Source: Sandaracinaceae bacterium
GTDB taxonomy: Bacteria > Myxococcota_A > Polyangia > Polyangiales > Sandaracinaceae
Direction: 5' to 3'
DNA length: 64,000 bases
Assembly: GCA_050186575.1 (NCBI GenBank)
Contig: JBFWYI010000006.1
Coordinates: 35,130 to 99,129 of the forward strand
The translations under genes were made by a program, and so were the position numbers. The notes beneath the pieces were generated by a model. The model ran no database searches and was not told where the DNA came from. It saw only the letters and a program-made list of their open reading frames with translations. Of the stretch, positions 47,302-56,932 are shown piece by piece; position 1 is the first letter of the stretch, and the number at the start of each line of letters is the position of its first letter.

Positions 47302-48351
47302 CTACTCGCAGCCGGCCGGAGACATCGCGGCGATCCACTCGCGGATCAGCGCGACGCCCTCGGCGTGGCTGAGCTGGCTCGGGAGCTCGGGCATCTTGAT
47401 GCCGGGCTCCTCGGACTCCATGCGGAACACCATGACGCTGTCGTCGGGCTGGCCGGGGACGATGTCGAAGCGACGGCCGCCCGCGCCCGCGCCTGCCGCG
47501 ACGGGGCGCTTGCAGACGCCGAACATCGCGGGGGTGGTGATGTCGGCGCCGAGCCAGAGACCGCTCTGCGCGGCCGCGCCGTGCTCGTTGTGGCAGTGCG
47601 AGCAGTTGGCGTCGAGGTAGGCCCGCGCGCGCGCGTCGAGGTCGCCCGTCCCTTCGGGATCCTCGAAGTGCATGCGCGCGCTCGGGACCGGACCGTCGAA
47701 CCAGCCGAGCGACTCGAAGTGCGCGATCTGGTTCTCGGGGCCGGCGCCGTAGTCGTTGTTCGTGTCGATCTGCGCGGTGCGCGGACCGATCGGGGTCGCG
47801 GGCTGCGTGCCGCCATGGCAGTTCGCGCACTGGACCTCGTTGGGCACTCGATACTGCAAGGTCCGCTGACTGCCGTCGGTGTGCGTCCACGCGACGTCGA
47901 CGCGCGCGCCCGCCCGCGCCCGCGTGGCGTCCCGCATGTCGTCGTCCCACGTGTAGACGTAGGGGTGCCACTCGCCGAGCTCGTCGAGCACGAGCAGGCG
48001 CGTCTCGACGATGCGCTCGCCGAGCGACGGGTCGCGCAGGTCCGCGAGGTAGCCGAACGTCTTCACGATCACGGTGCCGCTCGGCCACACCCAGTCGCCC
48101 GTGTCCGTGTAGTGGACCTGGCCGCCCTCGGGCAGCCGCACGAAGCGATGCTTGTTCGCGTAGTCGCTGAACAGCGGGCTGATGATCGTGTAGGGGATCA
48201 CATCCGATTCTGGGGTCTGGCTCGCCCCGTCGACGAAGATGTCCCAGCCGCTGAGGTGGCTCGGCACCTGCTCCGCGCACCCGCTCGTCGCCGCCGCGAA
48301 GGCGAGGACGACGAGCCCACGCGCGAGCTTCGGGGCGACGGCCGAGCGCAC
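47302..48351 (-). CDS. Di-heme c-type cytochrome lipoprotein (SO_2930-like family, partner of beta-helix proteins)
   Basis: Lipobox 'LAFAAATSGCAEQ'. Two CxxCH motifs: 'QCANCHGG' and 'NCSHCHNEH'. A GTG start lies 2 nt after the upstream gene's stop. Confidence 0.7.
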   Translation of the reverse strand: MRSAVAPKLARGLVVLAFAAATSGCAEQVPSHLSGWDIFVDGASQTPESDVIPYTIISPLFSDYANKHRFVRLPEGGQVHYTDTGDWVWPSGTVIVKTFGYLADLRDPSLGERIVETRLLVLDELGEWHPYVYTWDDDMRDATRARAGARVDVAWTHTDGSQRTLQYRVPNEVQCANCHGGTQPATPIGPRTAQIDTNNDYGAGPENQIAHFESLGWFDGPVPSARMHFEDPEGTGDLDARARAYLDANCSHCHNEHGAAAQSGLWLGADITTPAMFGVCKRPVAAGAGAGGRRFDIVPGQPDDSVMVFRMESEEPGIKMPELPSQLSHAEGVALIREWIAAMSPAGCE

Positions 48352-48353
48352 GA

Positions 48354-49634
48354 TCAGTCCTCGAGCGCGGCGAAGCCGGCGAACGCCTCGTCGACGCGCG
48401 GCCGCGGCGTGCCCATGCAGTCGTGCGGCGTGATGTCGGTGTTGGTCATCAGGCCGTCGCCGAGGAGCCCCGGCAGATCCAACAAGCGGAACTCGGCGCC
48501 CGCGTTGTTCTGCGCGCAGAGGACGTCCGCCGGCGTGCTGCCATCGGCCAAGAAGCCGTCCCACGTGATCTCTTCGACGGTGGTGAGCGTGGTGCCCGCG
48601 GCCGCCATGAGGCCGAGCAACGTGCGCAGCGCGTCGTTCGATCCGTCCGGCGTCATGCTGCCCGGCATGTCGCCATTGCCGGAATACGTGTTGTCGTGGA
48701 TGTAGATGCCCTCGGAGTACGGGTCGTAGCCCGGGTCGTCGGGGGGCGCCTCGCCCGTGAGCGCGCTGATGATCTGATACGAGATCACCGTCGACGCGAC
48801 GCCTCGGTTGCCCTCGATGGTGTTGTTCGAGATCTCGACGTCGTTGGCGGCGAGGATGAAGAGCCCGCTGCCCGCGGGGACGAGGCCGACCGTCGTGGTG
48901 GGGTCGCCGAAGTTCACGCGGTTGTTGTTGCGGATCATGTTGTCGGTCACGAGGGTGCCGCCGCCGCGCCGCGGGAGCGTGGGGAGCTCGAAGACGAGGA
49001 TGCCGCCCGTGTTGTCCTCGGCGGTGTTCCCGTAGACCTCGCAGTCGGTCGAGTTCTCGATCTCGATGCCGGCCACGTTGCCGTGCGCGCGGCTGTTGCG
49101 GACGATGCAGGTCTGCACCTGGCCGACGTAGAGTCCGGCGTCGGCGGAGTTGAACGCCTCGCAGTCCTCGATGAGCACGTGCTGCGAGCTGACCGGGTAG
49201 ATGGCGTACTTCCCGTTGTCGACCGAGTCCTCGGCCGTCCAGCCCGCGCTCACCCCGCGGATGACCACGCCCTCGCTGTTGCTGATGCGGAGGCCATTGC
49301 CCGCCGCGTCGAGGATCGTGAGGCCCTCCACCAGCACGTTGGTCATGTTCATCATGTCGACGCCCGCGCCGCCGGTGACCTGACCGGAGAAGTCGAGGGT
49401 GGTCTGCCCCATGCCCGCGCCGCGGAGCGTCACGCCGCTGTGGTTCGACAGCTCGAGCGCGTCGGTCAGCGTGTAGGTCCCGGCGCCGAGCTCGATCACC
49501 ATGTCGTCCTCGACGTCGACGAACGCGGTCTGGATCGCGGTCTGATCGTCGCTCGACGGATCGACGTGGATGACGTTGCCGCTGCCGCACGCGGCGAGCG
49601 AGAGGCTCGTGAGGAGGAGGGAAAGCTTCCGCAT
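48354..49634 (-). CDS. Parallel beta-helix repeat lipoprotein (NosD/pectate-lyase-like right-handed beta-helix)
   Basis: Lipobox 'LSLAACGSG'. Repeated 'G..I.N..' beta-helix turns are present ('VRNSRAHGNVAGIEIENSTDCEVYGNTAEDNTGGILVFE...'). Confidence 0.75.
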   Translation of the reverse strand: MRKLSLLLTSLSLAACGSGNVIHVDPSSDDQTAIQTAFVDVEDDMVIELGAGTYTLTDALELSNHSGVTLRGAGMGQTTLDFSGQVTGGAGVDMMNMTNVLVEGLTILDAAGNGLRISNSEGVVIRGVSAGWTAEDSVDNGKYAIYPVSSQHVLIEDCEAFNSADAGLYVGQVQTCIVRNSRAHGNVAGIEIENSTDCEVYGNTAEDNTGGILVFELPTLPRRGGGTLVTDNMIRNNNRVNFGDPTTTVGLVPAGSGLFILAANDVEISNNTIEGNRGVASTVISYQIISALTGEAPPDDPGYDPYSEGIYIHDNTYSGNGDMPGSMTPDGSNDALRTLLGLMAAAGTTLTTVEEITWDGFLADGSTPADVLCAQNNAGAEFRLLDLPGLLGDGLMTNTDITPHDCMGTPRPRVDEAFAGFAALED

Positions 49635-49685
49635 GCGAGGAACGCTAGTCCGCACCCCGCGTGATTTCCAGAGGGGTGGAGCGCC

Positions 49686-51335
49686 TCAGCGGAAGTAGAC
49701 GACGTAGGTGCTGAGCGAGATGTCGCCGCCGCGCGGCTCGCCGCCCGCGAAGCTCGCGGTGTAGGTCAGCTCGTTCGGCATGCCGAGCATCACGTCGCTC
49801 GTCACGTCCTCGCGACGCACCGGGAGCGGGAGGCCCGGACACCACCCCGCGCGCAGCGGCGACCAGTTGCCCCACTGGCCCGGGGGGACGCCCTGCCCCG
49901 ACATCTCCGCGCAGCCGTTGCGCGTGCCGGCCATCCCGTCGAAGCCGATCGTGTGCGCGCTCGCGCCGTTGACGCTGAACGCGTGCTCGTGGTTGCACCA
50001 CTCCGCGCAGTTGTCGACCATCGTCTGCCCGTGGCCGCTCACGATCGTGACGAGCTCCACGCGCGTGGTGCCGGCCGGCGGGGTGAACGAGAACGGCGTG
50101 TGCGCCGCGTTGTAGGTCGCGTCGAACGTGCCGCCGACGAACGCGCGCTCCGCCGCGAACGCGCGATCCGGCGCGCCGCGGCTCGACAACATGAGATTCA
50201 CGCTCACGGTGCGCTCGGTCGGCTCCTCCCAGTCGGGGCCGAACACCACGCGGAACGTGCGCTCGCCGCCGTCGCCGAGGAGCGCGATGAGCGCGCTCGC
50301 GTCCATCAGCCAGCGGCGCCGCCCGGGGCGCGAGTACGGGGTGATCCATCGCACGAGCTCCTGCGGGTCCGCGCACGTCGCGTCGTCGCACACGAAGACG
50401 TAGGCGATGCGATCCCACTCCGAGCAGTCCTCGGGCGCCGCGATGCACGTGAGCTCGACGTCGACCTCGAGCGTGTCGAAGCCCGCCATCTCGGTCGCGC
50501 TCGGCAGCGTCACCGTGCGCTCGAGCGTGCGCATCGTCGTGACCTCGTCGGTCAACAGCGGGACGACCGTCGCGTCCGTCGCGTCCGCGATCCGTTTGTC
50601 GAGCGCCCGGATGTAGTCGAAGAACGGCGGGACGAAGCGCGCCATGCTCATCAGCGGGACGAACCCAGCCCCGCCCACCGTCATCAGCGAGCCGACCGGA
50701 TCGAAGCGCTGCTCGCGCGTGATCGCGAACGCGGCCGGGATCGGCGCGGTGCGCACGAGCTCCGCCACGCTCCCCGTCGCGTCTTGGATCGGCTGATCGA
50801 CGTAGTGGAAGTGCGCGCGCCAGTACTCGCGATCCTCGGCCGACACGCCCTGGAACTCGAAGCCGTCCTCGATGCGGAGACGCATCTCCTCGGCCTTGGC
50901 CGCCGCCTCCGCCGCGTCGGTCGTGGCCGCGCTGAAGAAGTAATGCGCGTTGCGGGGCCCGAGGGTGAACAGCTCGTCGACGCCGGACGCGAAGAGTCCG
51001 TTGGCGTAGTCGGTGTTCGACCACACGAGGAACACGTAGGACTCGCAGCCGCTCCAGCGCTCGCTCAGGGTCCAGTCGCCGTCGAGGGTGTGGACGGTGA
51101 AGTCGCCGGCCACCGTCTCGAGCGCGGTGCCGGTGGCGGTGGCGTCGAACGGGACGACGTCGTCGATGCCGAGCTCCGCGCAGATGGCGCTCGGGTCGGG
51201 GCCCGCGTCGAGGCCGGGACCGGCGTCCATCCCGCCCGCGTCCGACCCGGCGTCCGAGGGTGAAGGCCCGTCGTCGCAGGCCGAGGCGACGGACAGCGCG
51301 AGGAGCGACGAGAGGAGGGTGAAGCGACGGCTCAT
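49686..51335 (-). CDS. Hypothetical lipoprotein; C-terminal region weakly resembles peptide-N-glycosidase F-type beta-sandwich
   Basis: Lipobox 'LALSVASACDD', then a DAG-rich linker. The C-terminus 'SGHGQTMVDNCAEWCNHEH...NGCAEMSGQGVPPGQWGNWSPLRAGWCPG' is reminiscent of PNGase F. The functional call is weak. Confidence 0.5.
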   Translation of the reverse strand: MSRRFTLLSSLLALSVASACDDGPSPSDAGSDAGGMDAGPGLDAGPDPSAICAELGIDDVVPFDATATGTALETVAGDFTVHTLDGDWTLSERWSGCESYVFLVWSNTDYANGLFASGVDELFTLGPRNAHYFFSAATTDAAEAAAKAEEMRLRIEDGFEFQGVSAEDREYWRAHFHYVDQPIQDATGSVAELVRTAPIPAAFAITREQRFDPVGSLMTVGGAGFVPLMSMARFVPPFFDYIRALDKRIADATDATVVPLLTDEVTTMRTLERTVTLPSATEMAGFDTLEVDVELTCIAAPEDCSEWDRIAYVFVCDDATCADPQELVRWITPYSRPGRRRWLMDASALIALLGDGGERTFRVVFGPDWEEPTERTVSVNLMLSSRGAPDRAFAAERAFVGGTFDATYNAAHTPFSFTPPAGTTRVELVTIVSGHGQTMVDNCAEWCNHEHAFSVNGASAHTIGFDGMAGTRNGCAEMSGQGVPPGQWGNWSPLRAGWCPGLPLPVRREDVTSDVMLGMPNELTYTASFAGGEPRGGDISLSTYVVYFR

Positions 51336-51416
51336 CACGGCGAGGATCGTAGTCCGTCGGACCACGGATTACGATCCCGTGGGCGTCGACGGCTGCGCGC
51401 GGCCGTGAGCCCCGGC

Positions 51417-52949
51417 TCAGCCGCCGAAGCGCCGAACCGCGTGGATCGCGTCGAGCGCGGCGCGCGCCTTGTTGACCGTCTCGTCGTACTCCGCGTCCGC
51501 GTCCGAGGCCTCGACGACCCCGCCGCCCGCCTGCACGCGCACCTTGCCGCCCTCCTCGACGAGCGTCCGGATCGCGATCGCGAAGTCCATGTTGCCATCG
51601 AAGCTCACGTAGCCGACCGCGCCGCCGTAGAGGCCGCGCGCGACCGGCTCGACCGCCTCGATGATCTGCATCGCGCGCACCTTGGGCGCTCCGCTCAGCG
51701 TGCCCGCGGGGAACGTCGCGCGCAGCACGTCGAGCGCGTCGCGACCCTGTTCTACATCGCACGTCACGTTGCTCACGAGGTGCATCACGTGGCTGTAGCG
51801 TTCGACGCTCATCTTCTCGGTGATCCGCACGGTGCCCGGTGCGGCGATTCGGCCGAGGTCGTTGCGCCCGAGGTCGACGAGCATCACGTGCTCGGCGCGC
51901 TCCTTCGGATCGGCGAGCAGCTCGTCGGCGATGCGCTGGTCATCGGCGTCGTCCTTGCCGCGCGGCCGCGTGCCCGCGATCGGTCGCAGCTCGGCGCGTC
52001 CGTCCTCGAGCCGCACCAACGTCTCGGGGCTCGCGCCCGCGATCGCGCGGTCGCCGAAGCGGAGGAAGTACATGTACGGCGACGGATTGATGACCCGCAG
52101 CATCCGATAGACGTCGAACAGCTCGACGCCGCGCGCGTCGACCTCGAAGCGCTGCGAGGGCACGACCTGGAAGATGTCGCCCGCGCGGATGTGCTCCTTC
52201 GCGGTGGCGACCACCTCGCGGTAGCTCGCGCGGTCGAAGCTCGACGCTGGGAGCTCGTCTCGCGCGCGCTCCGCGGCCGTCCGCTTCGGCGGCGGCTCGA
52301 GCAACCGCGGCACCCGCGGCCGCGAGAGCTCGTCGGCCACCGCGTCGAGCTCGCGGAGCGCGTCGTCGTACGCGCGGCCCGGCTCCTCGGTGATGCGCCG
52401 CGCGCTGACCGCGTAGATGCGCTGGCGGAGGTCGTCGAAGATGAGGCTCGCGCCGCCGAGGGAGAACGCGAAGTCCCACGCCTCGGGGTCGGCCTTCTCG
52501 CGCCCGATCGTCGGCTCGAACGTGCGCACCGCGTCGTAGCTCACGTAGCCGACCGCGCCGCCCCAGAAGCGAGGCAACAGGGGAAACGCTCCGGCCGGCG
52601 GCGGCACCCACTCGGCGAGCCGGGCGCGCAGGACCGGCCACGGATCGCCCACGTCCAACGCCTCGATGCGCCCGCGCGGATCCTCCACCTCGACGCGACC
52701 GGCGCGCCCGCGGATCAGCGCGTCCGGGCGCCAGCCCACGAAGCTGTAGCGGCCCCACTTCTCGCCGTGCTCGACGCTCTCGAGCAGGTAGCTCCCGAGC
52801 GCGCGCGCACCGAACCCGACGTGACCGAGCGTCGCGTACGCGGTCACCGGCGTGAGGGCGTCGGCGAGGATCTCGCGCGTCACCGGGACGACGGTGGCGC
52901 CCCCCGCCGCGAGGGAGAGAAACGTCTCCCGATCCGGGATCACCGCCAT
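51417..52949 (-). CDS. trpE: Anthranilate synthase component I
   Basis: Chorismate-binding motifs 'MLVDLGRNDLGRI', 'FPAGTLSGAPKVRAMQII' and 'RGLYGGAVGYVSFDGNMDFAIAIRT' are present. Confidence 0.9.
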   Translation of the reverse strand: MAVIPDRETFLSLAAGGATVVPVTREILADALTPVTAYATLGHVGFGARALGSYLLESVEHGEKWGRYSFVGWRPDALIRGRAGRVEVEDPRGRIEALDVGDPWPVLRARLAEWVPPPAGAFPLLPRFWGGAVGYVSYDAVRTFEPTIGREKADPEAWDFAFSLGGASLIFDDLRQRIYAVSARRITEEPGRAYDDALRELDAVADELSRPRVPRLLEPPPKRTAAERARDELPASSFDRASYREVVATAKEHIRAGDIFQVVPSQRFEVDARGVELFDVYRMLRVINPSPYMYFLRFGDRAIAGASPETLVRLEDGRAELRPIAGTRPRGKDDADDQRIADELLADPKERAEHVMLVDLGRNDLGRIAAPGTVRITEKMSVERYSHVMHLVSNVTCDVEQGRDALDVLRATFPAGTLSGAPKVRAMQIIEAVEPVARGLYGGAVGYVSFDGNMDFAIAIRTLVEEGGKVRVQAGGGVVEASDADAEYDETVNKARAALDAIHAVRRFGG

Positions 52950-53008
52950 GCCGCCCGAGTACCGCGGGCCGACGGCGCCGTCCAGACAGGCGTGCTATCT
53001 GGCGCCGC

Positions 53009-54262
53009 ATGAGCGAGCCCACGCTGAGTCGAGTCGACCCCGAGATCCACGCGCTGATCGGGCAGGAGGAGCGCCGGCAGGCGGACGCGCTCCGCCTCAT
53101 CGCGAGCGAGAACTACATGTCGCGCGCGGTGATGGAGGCGGCCGGCTCGTGCCTCAACAACAAGTACTCCGAGGGCTACGCGAACAAGCGCTACTACCAG
53201 GGCCAGCGCTTCATCGACGCCGTCGAGGTGCTCGCGAAGTCGCGCGTCGAGAAGCTCTTCGGCGCCGATCACGCGAACGTGCAGCCGTACTCGGGCTCCC
53301 CGGCCAACCTCGCCGTCCACTACGCGTTCCTCCAGCCGGGCGACGTCACGATGGGCCTCGGCCTCCCGGCCGGCGGCCACCTCACCCACGGCTGGAACGT
53401 CTCGATCACGGGCAGCTACTTCCGCGCCGTGCAATACGGCGTGCGCGAGTCCGATCACCGCATCGACATCGACCAGGTCGCGGCGCTCGCGCGGGAGCAC
53501 AAGCCGAAGCTGATCTGGTGCGGCACCACCGCGTACGCGCGCATCCTCGACTACGACGCGTTCGCCGAGATCGCGCGCGAGGTCGGCGCGATCCTGGTGG
53601 CCGACATCGCGCACATCTCGGGGCTCGTGGCGGCGGGCGTCCACCCGAGCCCGGTCGGCAAGGCGGGCGTCGTCACATCGACCACGCACAAGACATTGCG
53701 CGGCCCGCGCGGCGGGATGATCCTGTGCGACGCGGCGCACCAGAAGGCGATCGACCGCGCGGTGTTCCCGGGCCTCCAGGGCGGGCCCCACAACAGCCAG
53801 ATCGCGGCGCTCGCGGTGGCCGCCCACGAGGCGAGCCAGCCGGAGTTCAAGCGCTACGCGCAGGCGGTCGTCGACAACGCGCGCACGATCGCGGACACCC
53901 TCGCCTCGCGCGGGATCGCGCTGGTGACCGGTGGCACCGACACGCACCTGATCCTCGCCGATCTCACGCCGAAGGGCGTGGCCGGCAAGCCCGCCGCGGT
54001 CGCGCTCGAGCGCGCCGGCATCGTCGTGAACTACAACTCGGTGCCGTTCGACAAGCGCAAGCCGTTCGATCCGAGCGGCATCCGCCTCGGCAGCCCCGCG
54101 GTGACGAGCCGCGGGATGGGCGCGGACGAGATGAAGAAGATCGGCGGCTGGATCGCCGACGTGATCGAGAACGTGGACGACGAGGCGCTCCACGGACGCA
54201 TCGCCGCGGCGGTCAAGGAGCTGTGCGACGGCTTCCCGGCGCCCGGGCTGCTCTTCGCGTAG
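53009..54262 (+). CDS. glyA: Serine hydroxymethyltransferase
   Basis: Full-length SHMT. The PLP lysine sits in 'VVTSTTHKTLRGPRGG' and 'SENYMSRAVMEAAGSCLNNKYSEGY' is present. Confidence 0.95.
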   Translation: MSEPTLSRVDPEIHALIGQEERRQADALRLIASENYMSRAVMEAAGSCLNNKYSEGYANKRYYQGQRFIDAVEVLAKSRVEKLFGADHANVQPYSGSPANLAVHYAFLQPGDVTMGLGLPAGGHLTHGWNVSITGSYFRAVQYGVRESDHRIDIDQVAALAREHKPKLIWCGTTAYARILDYDAFAEIAREVGAILVADIAHISGLVAAGVHPSPVGKAGVVTSTTHKTLRGPRGGMILCDAAHQKAIDRAVFPGLQGGPHNSQIAALAVAAHEASQPEFKRYAQAVVDNARTIADTLASRGIALVTGGTDTHLILADLTPKGVAGKPAAVALERAGIVVNYNSVPFDKRKPFDPSGIRLGSPAVTSRGMGADEMKKIGGWIADVIENVDDEALHGRIAAAVKELCDGFPAPGLLFA

Positions 54263-54271
54263 CCGGCGCGC

Positions 54272-55651
54272 TCAGCCCAGCTCGTAGAGCTCGTCGAGCG
54301 AAGCCCAGCGTCCGTCGGGCAGCGCACCGGAAGGCTTCTTGCGCACGAAGAAGCGCCTGCCGATCGTGGCGTTCTCGGGGTTCGGGTACTTCGGGACCTT
54401 CGCCTCGAGCTCGGCGGCGAGCGCTTTGGCAGATCGGACGGAGCCCCACTTGCACTCGCCGAGGTCCGTCCAGCCGTCGTCGCGCACGCCGACCACGTCG
54501 ATCTGGACGTCCTTGTCCCAGTACTCGCCGACCTCGAACGCCGCGCTCACCCCCTCCTCCGCGTAGAGCCCGCCGAGCGCCTCGCGGCAGAGCCGCTCGA
54601 AGCCGCCGCCGAAGTAGCTGTCGAGCTCGGGCTTGATGCGGTCCTTGAACGCGCGCGCGGCGCCCATCTGCGTGAGGTAGGTGAGGTTCGGGAACACGAA
54701 GCGGAACCAGAACCGGAGCAGCGGATCGTCGATCGTGTAGCGCACCGCGCGCGCCGACGGCTTGCTCCGGCTCAGCGGATACCGGCGCGCGACGTAGCCG
54801 AGCTCGATCAGCTGCGTCAAATAGTAGTGCACGCTCCGTTCGGGGATGTCGCTGGCCCGCGCGATCTCGGTCTGCCCGTGGCGCCCATCCGCGATCGCAC
54901 GCAGCACCGCGTGATAGAGCTGCACCTCGCGGAGCTCCTCGCGCAGCAGGAACTCGGGCTCATGTCGGAGCGGGGCGAACTCGCCGAGCAGCTCGGCCTC
55001 GATGTTCTGCTCGATCGAGCGATCCGGATCGAAGCGCATGAGGTACATCGGCACGCCACCGACGAGGAAGCGCGCGCGCGCGCGATCGACGTTGGACCAC
55101 TTGGGGTGGAAGCGCGCCGCCTCGATGTGATCGAACGGGCGCAAGAGAATCTGTGCGGTGCGGCGCCCGAACAGCGGGCTCTTCTCGCCGAGGACCTCGC
55201 GCTCCATGAACCCGACGTACGAGCCGCAGAGGATCAGCATCACGCGGCCCGACGCGCGCCAGCGTCGATCCCAGAGCTCCTGCAGCACCGAGGGCAGCTC
55301 GGGGCTCGCGCCGCACACCCACTGGAACTCGTCGATCGCGATGACGAGCTTGCCGTCGCCGCGGTGGCGCTCCTCGATCGCGAGGAGGAGCTCGCGCCAG
55401 CCCTCGAGCCGGATCTGGGCGAGCAGCGGCTCGTCGAGGCGCGCCGCCGCCTCGCGGGCGAGCTCCTGCATCTGGAGGCCCGGCGGCGCCTGCTTGCCGA
55501 GGTAGTAGATGGCCGGCTTTCCCTCGAGGAAACGGAGGATCAGCTCGCTCTTGCCGACCCGTCGACGCCCATAGATCGGGATGAACGCGGCCTCGCGGCC
55601 CTCGTAGGCGCGCTCCAGCGCGGCCCGCTCGCGCTCCCGACCGACGAACAC
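54272..55651 (-). CDS. ATP-binding protein, archaeal-type ATPase family (Arch_ATPase + DUF234)
   Basis: 'FVGRERERAALERAYEGREAAFIPIYGRRRVGKSELI' carries the Walker A, with a C-terminal DUF234-like region. Confidence 0.7.
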   Translation of the reverse strand: MFVGRERERAALERAYEGREAAFIPIYGRRRVGKSELILRFLEGKPAIYYLGKQAPPGLQMQELAREAAARLDEPLLAQIRLEGWRELLLAIEERHRGDGKLVIAIDEFQWVCGASPELPSVLQELWDRRWRASGRVMLILCGSYVGFMEREVLGEKSPLFGRRTAQILLRPFDHIEAARFHPKWSNVDRARARFLVGGVPMYLMRFDPDRSIEQNIEAELLGEFAPLRHEPEFLLREELREVQLYHAVLRAIADGRHGQTEIARASDIPERSVHYYLTQLIELGYVARRYPLSRSKPSARAVRYTIDDPLLRFWFRFVFPNLTYLTQMGAARAFKDRIKPELDSYFGGGFERLCREALGGLYAEEGVSAAFEVGEYWDKDVQIDVVGVRDDGWTDLGECKWGSVRSAKALAAELEAKVPKYPNPENATIGRRFFVRKKPSGALPDGRWASLDELYELG

Positions 55652-55723
55652 GTGGGGAGGCTATCCCCGAGTCGTGACTTGTCAAGTCGTGACTCGACAA
55701 GCCCAACCGCGACGAGCCTCGGC

Positions 55724-56905
55724 TCAGCCTCGGAGTCGGTCACGCACCCGGTCGAGGATCGCGTCGGCGACGTGTCGCTTGTCGAGCTCGGGCAGCGCCT
55801 CCTCGCCGTGCGCGTCGACGAGCGTCACGCGGTTCGTGCTCCGCTCGAAGCTCGCGTCCGCCTCGTTGGCCACGATGAGATCGACCCGCTTGCCGCGCAG
55901 CTTCTGTTGCGCCGCCGCGACGAGGTCGCGCGTCTCGACCGCGAACCCGATGAGGACGGGCCGCGCTCCCGTCCGCCAGCGCCCGAGGTCGGCGAGGATG
56001 TCCGGGTTGCGCGTCAGCTCGAGGGTCAGCGGTCCGTCGGACTTCTTGATCTTGTGATCGTCGCGCGCGACCGGCCGATAGTCCGCGACCGCGGCGGCCA
56101 TGATGATCGCGTCGACGTCGTCGCGCCGCGCGTCGATCGCCACCTTCATGTCGAGCGCGCTCATCACGTCGACGCGCTCCACCCCGCTCGGCGTGCGGAG
56201 ATCGGTGGGCGCGCTAACGAGGACGACCCGCGCGCCGCGCTGCGCCGCGCGCTCGGCCAGCGCGTAGCCCATCCGACCGCTCGAGCGGTTGCCGAGATAC
56301 CGCACCGGATCGAGCTCCTCGCGCGTCCCGCCCGCGCTGATCAGCACGTAGGCGCCTGCGAGATCGGCGGGCCTCACCATGTTCCCGAGCGCGCTCGCGA
56401 TCGCCTCGGGCTCCGCCATCCGGCCCATCCCCGTCTCGCCGCTCGCGAGCGCGCCCTCCACCGGCCCGACGAGCTGCGCGCCGTCGAGCGCGAGGGTCGC
56501 CACCGAGCGCTGCGTCGAGGGCCGCGCCCACATGCGCGCGTGCATCGCCGGCGCGTAGAGCACCGGTCCGTCGAAGCAGGCGATCGTCGCCGTCACGGCG
56601 TCGTCGGCGAGCCCGTGAGCGGCGCGCGAGAGGAGGTTCATCGTGGCGGGCGCGATCACCATCGCGTCGGCCCAGCCCGCGAGCTCGACGTGGACCTCGC
56701 CCGCGTAGCGCGGGTCGAACAGATCGACGATCGGCGGCTCACCGGTGATCCCCGCGAACGTGAGCGCGCCGACGAAGCGTTGGCTCGCCGAGGACATGAC
56801 GACGCGCACACGATGCTCGCGTCGCATCAGCTCGCGCACGAGCGCGACCGCCTTGTACGCGGCGATGCCGCCGCCGACGCCCACGATCACGTTCGCCACG
56901 CCCAT
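55724..56905 (-). CDS. coaBC: Bifunctional phosphopantothenoylcysteine decarboxylase / phosphopantothenate-cysteine ligase
   Basis: N-terminal flavoprotein 'VIVGVGGGIAAYKAVALVREL' and C-terminal CoaB 'ISAGGTREELDPVRYLGNRSSGRMGYALA' are present. Confidence 0.9.
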   Translation of the reverse strand: MGVANVIVGVGGGIAAYKAVALVRELMRREHRVRVVMSSASQRFVGALTFAGITGEPPIVDLFDPRYAGEVHVELAGWADAMVIAPATMNLLSRAAHGLADDAVTATIACFDGPVLYAPAMHARMWARPSTQRSVATLALDGAQLVGPVEGALASGETGMGRMAEPEAIASALGNMVRPADLAGAYVLISAGGTREELDPVRYLGNRSSGRMGYALAERAAQRGARVVLVSAPTDLRTPSGVERVDVMSALDMKVAIDARRDDVDAIIMAAAVADYRPVARDDHKIKKSDGPLTLELTRNPDILADLGRWRTGARPVLIGFAVETRDLVAAAQQKLRGKRVDLIVANEADASFERSTNRVTLVDAHGEEALPELDKRHVADAILDRVRDRLRG

Positions 56906-56932
56906 GCTTAGCACGGTGGATATGCTGCGCGC

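Noticed and set aside
47261-48280. ORF 47261-48280(-) overlapping the di-heme cytochrome gene
   Set aside because: It is an Arg/Gly-rich alternative frame. The CxxCH-bearing frame (47302-48351) is the credible one.
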